DNA of 39,784 nucleotides from a virus: IMG/VR virus record IMGVR_UViG_3300045988_135509, positions 1 to 39,784 of that record; one strand, 5' to 3'. Shown piece by piece: positions 34,310 to 39,784 of this stretch (position 1 is its first letter; each line of letters starts with the position of its first letter). The notes under the pieces were generated by a model. It saw only the letters and a program-made list of their open reading frames with translations, ran no database searches and was not told where the DNA came from. The position numbers and the translations under genes were made by a program.

Positions 34310-35503
34310 TTAAAAACCACACATAGATAATATATCTAAAGTTTTTTCTTTTTCTTTTTTCATAACATGTGTATAAATATTAGCAGTAATATCTATACTA
34401 CTGTGTCCTAATATTACAGATACGGTTTTTAGCGGTATTCCTGCTTCAAATTGTTTAGTAGCATATGTATGTCTAAGGGCGTGGAATTTTATGTGTTCTA
34501 TTTTATTTTCTTTTAAAAAATTAGACCAAGCTTTACTTAAATTACTTGCATTCATAAGATTGCCTTGCAAGCTTAAAAAAATATACCCTTTATATTCAGT
34601 AGAATATGTTTTACATTTTAATTTTTCTTCTTTTTGTAACAGTATAGATTTTCTTAATATATCAACCAAAGAAGTAGGCAGTGGAATTATTCTATTACTT
34701 TTTAAACTTTTAGTATCTTGTATAAATGTGGATTTATATTTACTACCATCATCATTATATAAATAAGTTGTTGAAACGGATTTGTTTATATGTATTTCTT
34801 TGTTTTTGAAGTCTATATCACTAGTTCTTAATCCCAGAATTTCTCCAGATCTCATTCCAGTAGCTAAACTAATTAGTGCTATATATTTAATCTTACTATC
34901 TTTAGAGTTCGCAATATTATTAATATCTTTATCGCTTAAAATTGTAAATTCTTTCTTTTTTACATTATCTTTTGGTATTGTTACTTTTTTGCCAGAACAT
35001 GGATTTTTAGCAATATAACCATTATCATTTAGAAAATTAAAAAATTGCCTTAATAGTTTATGTAAATTTTTTATTTGACTATATGTTTTTTTATTCTTAG
35101 CTAAAGAGTTATAGCATTTTTGTATGATAATAGGATTAATATCTTTAATTTTTACATTTGATATAACTGAATTTTCTATATAAAGTCTATAAATTCCATC
35201 ATATCTAGCAAACGTAGAAGGCTTAACAGAAGGCTTAACCATAGTGTTTAACCATTCTTTCATCATATTCCCTACAAACTTATTGTCATTATTTGTGATT
35301 CCTAGATTCATTTTATTTATATATTCTTGCTTTTTTGCATTAGCTTCTTTTTCGCTAATGCCATAAAATTCTTTTCTTATAAGTTTACCGTTTGAATCCC
35401 TACCTATTGTTAAGGTAGTTCTAAAGTAGGCTTTCCCATTTTTAACACAATTAGTTTTTCTTGCCACTGTCTTGTTCTCCTTTCGTATATATTGTCTTTC
35501 CAT
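34310..35503 (-). CDS. int: Tyrosine recombinase (phage integrase)
   Basis: ATGMRSGEILGLR (Arg I), HALRHTYAT (H-x-x-R), LGHSSIDITANIYTH (His...Tyr). N-terminal arm-binding-type region. Confidence 0.95.
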   Translation of the reverse strand: MERQYIRKENKTVARKTNCVKNGKAYFRTTLTIGRDSNGKLIRKEFYGISEKEANAKKQEYINKMNLGITNNDNKFVGNMMKEWLNTMVKPSVKPSTFARYDGIYRLYIENSVISNVKIKDINPIIIQKCYNSLAKNKKTYSQIKNLHKLLRQFFNFLNDNGYIAKNPCSGKKVTIPKDNVKKKEFTILSDKDINNIANSKDSKIKYIALISLATGMRSGEILGLRTSDIDFKNKEIHINKSVSTTYLYNDDGSKYKSTFIQDTKSLKSNRIIPLPTSLVDILRKSILLQKEEKLKCKTYSTEYKGYIFLSLQGNLMNASNLSKAWSNFLKENKIEHIKFHALRHTYATKQFEAGIPLKTVSVILGHSSIDITANIYTHVMKKEKEKTLDILSMCGF

Positions 35504-35624
35504 TTTTTTTTAAAATTATAATTTTTGACAAAATACTTTTGTCAGTACCAATCATTTCATCCTCCACCCCTCTTGTTCGGTATACCGAAGACCAAACATG
35601 TGTTCTTGTTATAGGTAAAAAATA

Positions 35625-35644
35625 TTGCAAGAATTAACTTGCAA
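35625..35644 (-). terminator. Terminator of the repressor gene (minus strand)
   Basis: TTGCAAG-N6-CTTGCAA hairpin. On the minus strand it is followed by ATATTTTTT. Confidence 0.55.
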
Positions 35645-36010
35645 TTATAAAAGCTTTTTAACATTAAAACCGACACTTTCTAGCTTCCCAAATAGTTTTT
35701 CAATTTCTTTTTTTGTTAAATGTAAAGTTTCATCATCGAACTCTATTTCTATTAAATCTCCATTAATATTTTTCGAAATATAAGTTTGATAATCATCGTT
35801 TCTCATTAATAAAAAATCACAATTTACATTTAAAAAATCAGCTATTTTTTTTAGAGTATCAACGTCTGGGTTTCTTTTCCCGCTTATATAATTACTTATA
35901 GTTGCAGGATTTAAATTTATAGCATCGGCAAGTTCTTGCTTTTTTATTTCTTTTAAATCAAGAAGAAATTCAATTCTTTTTCCTAACGTATCAAAGCTTT
36001 TTATATTCAT
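35645..36010 (-). CDS. cI-like repressor, XRE-family HTH (no S24 peptidase domain)
   Basis: LGKRIEFLLDLKEIKKQELADAINLNPATISNYISGKRNP. Divergent from the cro-like gene. Confidence 0.75.
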   Translation of the reverse strand: MNIKSFDTLGKRIEFLLDLKEIKKQELADAINLNPATISNYISGKRNPDVDTLKKIADFLNVNCDFLLMRNDDYQTYISKNINGDLIEIEFDDETLHLTKKEIEKLFGKLESVGFNVKKLL

Positions 36011-36024
36011 ATATTACACCTCTT

Positions 36025-36037
36025 GTTTATTATAAAC
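36025..36037. promoter_or_regulatory. 13-bp perfect palindrome GTTTAT-T-ATAAAC (candidate operator overlapping the repressor promoter -10)
   Basis: Read directly. Confidence 0.5.
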
Positions 36038-36058
36038 GTTTTGCTAAAATATAAACAA
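36029..36058 (-). promoter_or_regulatory. Candidate repressor promoter (minus strand: TTGTTT, 18-nt spacer, TATAAT)
   Basis: Reverse complement of 36029..36058. Confidence 0.4.
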
Positions 36059-36095
36059 AAACTTTTCAAAAAGAAAATTTTTTTATATCAAGGTA

Positions 36096-36124
36096 TTGAC
36101 ACTTTACATAACGAAAAGTATAAT
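36096..36124 (+). promoter_or_regulatory. Consensus sigma-A promoter for the early lytic operon (TTGACA, 17-nt spacer, TATAAT)
   Basis: ttgaca 36096..36101, tataat 36119..36124, about 40 nt upstream of the cro-like gene. Confidence 0.7.
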
Positions 36125-36162
36125 TAACTTGTAAGGTCGATATGAAAAGGAGGTGAAGTAAG

Positions 36163-36378
36163 ATGAATAGGGATTTTGCAAAAAAGCCAGAGTTTTTAAG
36201 GCTTGGTTTTAAGTTAACAAAACTTTATATAAGTAAACAATTAGGGATATCAGTTCCAACTCTTTCTAAAAAAGAAAAGGGGATGAGTGAGTGGACTAGA
36301 GAAGAAATGTTAAAGTTAGCTGATATATATAAAAACTATGATCCAACTTTGACAGTAGAGAATATTTTTTTTAACTAA
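36163..36378 (+). CDS. Cro-like HTH regulator
   Basis: AAGGAGGTGA RBS. KQLGISVPTLSKKEKG looks like an HTH. First gene of the rightward operon. Confidence 0.65.
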   Translation: MNRDFAKKPEFLRLGFKLTKLYISKQLGISVPTLSKKEKGMSEWTREEMLKLADIYKNYDPTLTVENIFFN

Positions 36379-36417
36379 TACTTTTCGTATTGAAAATATA
36401 ATGGAGTGTGACTTTTC

Positions 36418-36636
36418 GTGAGACTACAAGAGGTAAGAAAAAAACAAGGAATTTCTTTAAGTAAATTGAGTAAGATATCCGGGATTTCCGCTAGTTATTT
36501 AAGCGAATTGGAAAAAGGGAAGTATGAAGCTACAGAAAGTAAAATAATTAGATTATCTTTAGCTTTAGGTATTACTCCTAATGACTTACTTGGTTTTGAT
36601 GACTTAGTTGAAACTTTAAAGAAAAACTTGTTATAA
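36418..36636 (+). CDS. XRE-family HTH regulator (GTG start)
   Basis: LQEVRKKQGISLSKLSKISGISASYLSELEKGK. Confidence 0.7.
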   Translation: MRLQEVRKKQGISLSKLSKISGISASYLSELEKGKYEATESKIIRLSLALGITPNDLLGFDDLVETLKKNLL

Positions 36637-36657
36637 GCAAAAAGGGGGGTGGTAATC

Positions 36658-36846
36658 ATGGATAAACTTACAGTTAATTTACAAGAAGCGGCAAGTATAA
36701 CCGGAATAGGAAGATGTAAGTTAGAAGAACTAGTTAAGAGTTCCAGCGACTTTCCATATTTCAGAGTTGGGACAAAAATACTTATATATAAAGAATCTTT
36801 AAAAGTATGGTTAGAAAAAATAGCAACTGAACAAAGAATTTTATAG
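36658..36846 (+). CDS. Excisionase-type (MerR-like HTH_17) DNA-binding protein (ORF open from 36649)
   Basis: LTVNLQEAASITGIGRCKLEELVKSSSDFPYFRVGTKILIYKESLKVWLEK is typical of the excisionase-family HTH. GGGGGG RBS. Confidence 0.6.
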   Translation: MDKLTVNLQEAASITGIGRCKLEELVKSSSDFPYFRVGTKILIYKESLKVWLEKIATEQRIL

Positions 36847-36891
36847 GCAATATAGGACAAGCTTTAGATTGAAAAAATAGGAGGAATGTAA

Positions 36892-37581
36892 ATGAACGAT
36901 ATACAAATTTTCAACAATGAACAATTTGGACAAGTAAGAGTAATTACTAAAGGTGGAGAGCCTTGGTTTGTAGGAAAAGATGTTGCGGGAGTACTAGGGT
37001 ATTCTGATACGAATAAAGCAATATCAATGCATGTAGACATAGAAGATAAACTCAACGACAAAATGGAGTCGAGATTAGGGCAAAGAGGTGGTTGGTTAAT
37101 TAATGAAAGTGGACTTTATTCATTAATTCTAGGAAGTAAGTTACCAAGTGCAAAGAAGTTTAAGAAGTGGGTAACAAGTGATGTTTTACCTTCTATCAGA
37201 AAACATGGAATGTATGCAACAGATGAACTTATTAATAATCCAGACTTGCTAATAGCAGCAGCAACCAAGATCAAGGAAGAAAGACAAGCAAGGCTTGAAG
37301 CTGAAAAGCAAAGGGACAAGTTAATCCACCAAAACAAGCTATATACTACAAGCGAGATTGCAAAGGAACTAGGATTAAAGAGTGCCAATAAACTTAATCA
37401 ACTACTTGCAGAAAAGAAAATCCAGTACAAGCAAAATAAGACCTGGTTACTTTATTCCAAGTATGCAGATTGTGGCTATGTAAGTATCAAGCAAGACATT
37501 TTAGATAGTGGACATATTATCTACGATAGAAAGTGGAGTGGTGCGGGTAGAGATTTTATCTTAAATTTATTTTCTGAATAA
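36892..37581 (+). CDS. Antirepressor: Bro-N domain plus KilAC domain
   Basis: IQIFNNEQFGQVRVITKGGEPWFVGKDVAGVLGY (Bro-N). C-terminal TSEIAKELGLKSANKLNQLLAEKKIQYK...WLLYSKYADCGYV (KilAC-like). Confidence 0.85.
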   Translation: MNDIQIFNNEQFGQVRVITKGGEPWFVGKDVAGVLGYSDTNKAISMHVDIEDKLNDKMESRLGQRGGWLINESGLYSLILGSKLPSAKKFKKWVTSDVLPSIRKHGMYATDELINNPDLLIAAATKIKEERQARLEAEKQRDKLIHQNKLYTTSEIAKELGLKSANKLNQLLAEKKIQYKQNKTWLLYSKYADCGYVSIKQDILDSGHIIYDRKWSGAGRDFILNLFSE

Positions 37582-37592
37582 GGGAGGCAAAT

Positions 37593-38108
37593 ATGGATAA
37601 ACAATCAAAAACACTTTTTAAAGAGGAATGGAAAGATATAAAAGGATATGAAGGTTTATATCAAGTTAGTAATTTAGGGCGAGTAAAGAGTTTAAAGTTT
37701 AAAGGTAAAAATAGAGAGCTGATATTATCTCAAGGAAAACAATCTAATGGGTATCTATTTGTATCTTTAGTTAAAAACAAAAAAATAAAAACGAAGCGTG
37801 TTCATAGATTGGTTGCTGAAGCTTTTATAACCAACATCAATAATTATCCTAGCGTAAATCACATTAATGAAAACAAAGAAGATAATTCGGTATGTAATTT
37901 AGAATGGTGCTCTGTATATTATAACAACACTTATGGAACTAAATTAGATAAACGAAGAAAAAAAGTTTTGTGCGTTGATACTGGGAAAATATTTAATTCA
38001 GTAAAGATATGTGCAGAAGAAATAGGGGTATGTAGCAGCTATATAGTTAAGTGTTGCAAAGGAAAAAGGAAAGCGGCTAAGGGAATGAAATTCAGGTATG
38101 CAAAGTAA
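37593..38108 (+). CDS. HNH homing endonuclease (NUMOD4 + HNH_3 + C-terminal NUMOD1-like HTH)
   Basis: EEWKDIKGYEGLYQVSNLGRVKS (NUMOD4). HRLVAEAFI...VNHINENKEDNSVCNLEW (HNH). Confidence 0.85.
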   Translation: MDKQSKTLFKEEWKDIKGYEGLYQVSNLGRVKSLKFKGKNRELILSQGKQSNGYLFVSLVKNKKIKTKRVHRLVAEAFITNINNYPSVNHINENKEDNSVCNLEWCSVYYNNTYGTKLDKRRKKVLCVDTGKIFNSVKICAEEIGVCSSYIVKCCKGKRKAAKGMKFRYAK

Positions 38109-38167
38109 GAAAATGGACAGGTAAAGGAAGGGACTTCATATTAAATTTACTTAAGGAGGAAATGTAA
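38108..38167 (+). pseudogene. Orphaned, diverged copy of the antirepressor 3' end (RKWTGKGRDFILNLLKEEM*)
   Basis: Compare the antirepressor C-terminus RKWSGAGRDFILNLFSE* at 37528..37581. The remnant's stop overlaps the next gene's start as TAATG. Confidence 0.6.
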
Positions 38168-38577
38168 TGGAAAAGACTTATAAAGGCTGGGAAATAGCCA
38201 AAATGATTTCAGAAGGTGAACTTAAAGATGGAACAGTTATCAATAGTAAGGGCTCAAAATTTACTGTTTTATATGGGTGTTTAACAAATGGTCTTAATGA
38301 AAAGTATTCACGACACGTAGAAAGTGGAAATAGTTTTTTAACATCTACAAGTAGAACCTTTTCTATTGAAAGAAAAAAATACTCTTTTGCAGAAGCATTT
38401 AAGGCTTATGAGGAAGGTAAGGAAATAGAGTGTTGCTATAGTGGGCAAATGCTAAAAAAAGAAAACGAAAAAGATTATTGTTTTGATTATAAGAAAGGAA
38501 AGTACGTACCATTAAGCTTTGATGAAACTTTCTTTGACATAACTAATATTAGAAGTGAGTGGTACATCAATGATTAA
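38167..38577 (+). CDS. Hypothetical protein (136 aa)
   Basis: AAGGAGGA RBS. Confidence 0.65.
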   Translation: MEKTYKGWEIAKMISEGELKDGTVINSKGSKFTVLYGCLTNGLNEKYSRHVESGNSFLTSTSRTFSIERKKYSFAEAFKAYEEGKEIECCYSGQMLKKENEKDYCFDYKKGKYVPLSFDETFFDITNIRSEWYIND

Positions 38578-38716
38578 GGATTTAGCATTTAAACACAAAG
38601 TATTTCTAGAAAATTTAGGAATTGACTATAACAACTATTTATTTATCGGCAAGGGTGCTGATTACTACAGATTTATGGACAAGCACTCTAAGCGAGTATT
38701 TGACATAAGGAGGTAA
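38570..38716 (+). CDS. Small hypothetical protein (48 aa)
   Basis: ATG overlaps the upstream stop. MIKDLAFKHKVFLENLGIDYNNYLFIGKGADYYRFMDKHSKRVFDIRR. Confidence 0.4.
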   Translation: MIKDLAFKHKVFLENLGIDYNNYLFIGKGADYYRFMDKHSKRVFDIRR

Positions 38717-38756
38717 TTGTAAATGAATATTAAAGAATTGGAAAGGGGTATAAAAA

Positions 38757-38933
38757 ATGTTGACAAGTAATGCAAGTATATTATTAAAAGTTTTTTCAAG
38801 CGTGTTTTTAGTAGCAGTATTCTTAATAGGATTTTTCTCATGGGGCATAGCAAAAAACAAGGTAGACAAGCTTAGAAGCGTTTTCTTTACAGTAGGAAGC
38901 TTAATAAGTTTTCTATACACAATAAATATTTAA
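38757..38933 (+). CDS. Small membrane protein (58 aa, two TM segments)
   Basis: MLTSNASILLKVFSSVFLVAVFLIGFFSWGIAKNKVDKLRSVFFTVGSLISFLYTINI. GAAAGGGG RBS. Explains the region better than the antisense ORFs 38639..38920 and 38665..38853. Confidence 0.55.
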   Translation: MLTSNASILLKVFSSVFLVAVFLIGFFSWGIAKNKVDKLRSVFFTVGSLISFLYTINI

Positions 38934-38946
38934 GGAGGTGAAATAA

Positions 38947-39294
38947 ATGACAGAAGAATTAGCAAGAGATAGCCAAGGCAGATATGCTTATAATCCAGAG
39001 TATTTTGGTAAAACTGGTACACCTTATTCGCAAGATGATCATGATTATCTTGTCAAATGGTATGACAAAATCTCGCTTGAAGAAATGGCATTTGCACTAG
39101 AAAGAACACCAACAAGCATAGAAGCTAGAATGAGGTACTTGAAAAAGAATGGATTATTGTACACTTGCAAAACACCAGCACCAAAGCCACTAAGATACAA
39201 AGACATTAAATCTCAAATAGACACAGTGGTTGCAAAATATTTCAATGGCGTACCACTAAATGTAATTTTACAAAAAAATAAGGCTAATGCTTAA
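38947..39294 (+). CDS. Hypothetical protein with a possible Myb/SANT-like HTH
   Basis: AAGGAGGTGA RBS. W..DD..L...Y......EMA..LERT..SIE.R pattern. Confidence 0.6.
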   Translation: MTEELARDSQGRYAYNPEYFGKTGTPYSQDDHDYLVKWYDKISLEEMAFALERTPTSIEARMRYLKKNGLLYTCKTPAPKPLRYKDIKSQIDTVVAKYFNGVPLNVILQKNKANA

Positions 39295-39383
39295 GCACCA
39301 CCAAAAGCAAATAGCCAAAACCAAATAATCAATATTAATTATACCAAATAAAATCAACAAATATCAAGAGGAGTGATTTATTA

Positions 39384-39784
39384 ATGAGTAATGTTAAAGG
39401 TTATAAAGTTTTTAATCCCGATTGGACTTGCAGAGGGTTTCAATATGAAGTAGGTAAGACATTCGAACATGATGGAAATATAGAGTTGTGCGGCAGCGGT
39501 TTTCACTTTTGCCAAAAGGCTAGTGATTGTTTTAATTATTATAATTTCAATTCCAATAACAAAGTTGCAGAAGTTGAAGCACTTGATCTAGTTGAAACAG
39601 AAGGTAATAAGTCAGTAACAAATAAGATTCATATTATTAGAGAAATCCCATGGCAAGAGTTATTGGCTATTGTAAACACTGGCAAAGATTGTACTGGACT
39701 AGAAAACACAGGGAACAGGAACACAGGGGACTGGAACACAGGGGACAGGAACACAGGGAACTGGAACACAGGGAACTGGAACAC
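39384..39784 (+). CDS. Pentapeptide-repeat protein, N-terminal part (continues at 52..487; total 278 aa)
   Basis: ATG 39384 behind AGAGGAG. MSNVKGYKVFNPDWTCRGFQYEVGKTFEHDGNIELCGSGFHFCQ... then NTGNRNTGDWNTGDRNTGNWNTGNW, with no stop before the window end. Confidence 0.85.
   Translation, partial: MSNVKGYKVFNPDWTCRGFQYEVGKTFEHDGNIELCGSGFHFCQKASDCFNYYNFNSNNKVAEVEALDLVETEGNKSVTNKIHIIREIPWQELLAIVNTGKDCTGLENTGNRNTGDWNTGDRNTGNWNTGNWN
39705..39784 (+). repeat. 15-bp tandem repeat array (same family as 1..136)
   Basis: Direct reading. The last 51 nt are identical to 1..51. Confidence 0.95.

Larger units (their letters stand above)
1..39784 (+). mobile_element. Complete temperate siphovirus-type phage genome, circularly closed contig (unique length 39733 bp once the 51-nt terminal overlap is removed)
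   Basis: All phage modules present in canonical order. Intact attP next to the integrase with no flanking host genes. 39734..39784 is identical to 1..51. Confidence 0.9.

Noticed and set aside
34491-35018. Plus-strand ORFs 34491..34766 and 34782..35018
   Set aside because: They are antisense shadows inside the integrase gene, whose catalytic motifs are unambiguous. The same reasoning applies to the other antisense ORFs in the track, for example 1325..1507, 1988..2212, 8122..8304, 15476..15856, 21632..21928, 22400..22810, 26235..26621, 29212..29538, 31639..31995, 36495..36860 and 37116..37388.
38639-38920. Minus-strand ORFs 38639..38920 and 38665..38853
   Set aside because: They lack an RBS and oppose the strand of all neighbours. 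The region is better explained by + strand small ORFs with RBS and coupling (38570..38716, 38757..38933).

Overview
AT-rich 39.8-kb window that appears to be a complete, circularly closed genome of a temperate siphovirus-type phage from a low-GC Firmicute (Clostridium-like). The last 51 nt (39734..39784) are identical to the first 51 nt, and one gene, a pentapeptide-repeat protein, runs in frame across that junction. Almost all genes are on the + strand; only the integrase and the cI-like repressor are on the - strand.

Gene order:
- Early, recombination and replication genes: RecT, Cas4-like PD-(D/E)XK nuclease, replisome organiser, DnaB-type helicase, SSB, orphan DNA methyltransferase, ERCC4-type nuclease, metallophosphoesterase, DUF3310-like protein, sigma-region-4-like late regulator.
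- Packaging and head: TerS, tRNA-Ser(GCU), TerL, portal, MuF-like protein, scaffold, capsid, collagen-like protein.
- Neck and tail: tube, G/GT chaperone with a UUUUUUC -1 shift, tape measure, Dit, Tal, collar-type fibre, and a fibre carrying a CE4 deacetylase domain.
- Lysis: BhlA-like protein, holin, GH25 endolysin.
- Accessory block: XRE regulator, FtsK/SpoIIIE-like ATPase, HUH rolling-circle Rep/relaxase-like protein, lipoprotein.
- Lysogeny and switch: attP (a tRNA 3'-end mimic flanked by 17-bp arm repeats), tyrosine integrase, cI-like repressor, cro-like, HTH and Xis-like genes, Bro-N/KilAC antirepressor, HNH homing endonuclease.

Most notable observations:
1. The major capsid gene and the major tail gene each end next to a plausible recoding site: CCC-UAG plus hairpin for a +1 shift, and an A9 run for a -1 shift. 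Both sites open short extensions that encode the same VGKAx pentad-repeat peptide.
2. An IME-like mobilisation / rolling-circle module sits in the moron locus between the lysis genes and attP.
3. An HNH cassette is inserted behind the antirepressor gene and has left a diverged duplicate of that gene's 3' end.
4. An activator-type promoter followed immediately by a strong terminator lies upstream of terS, reminiscent of lambda PR'-tR'.

All functional calls are motif- and synteny-based readings of the translated ORFs. No database search was possible.
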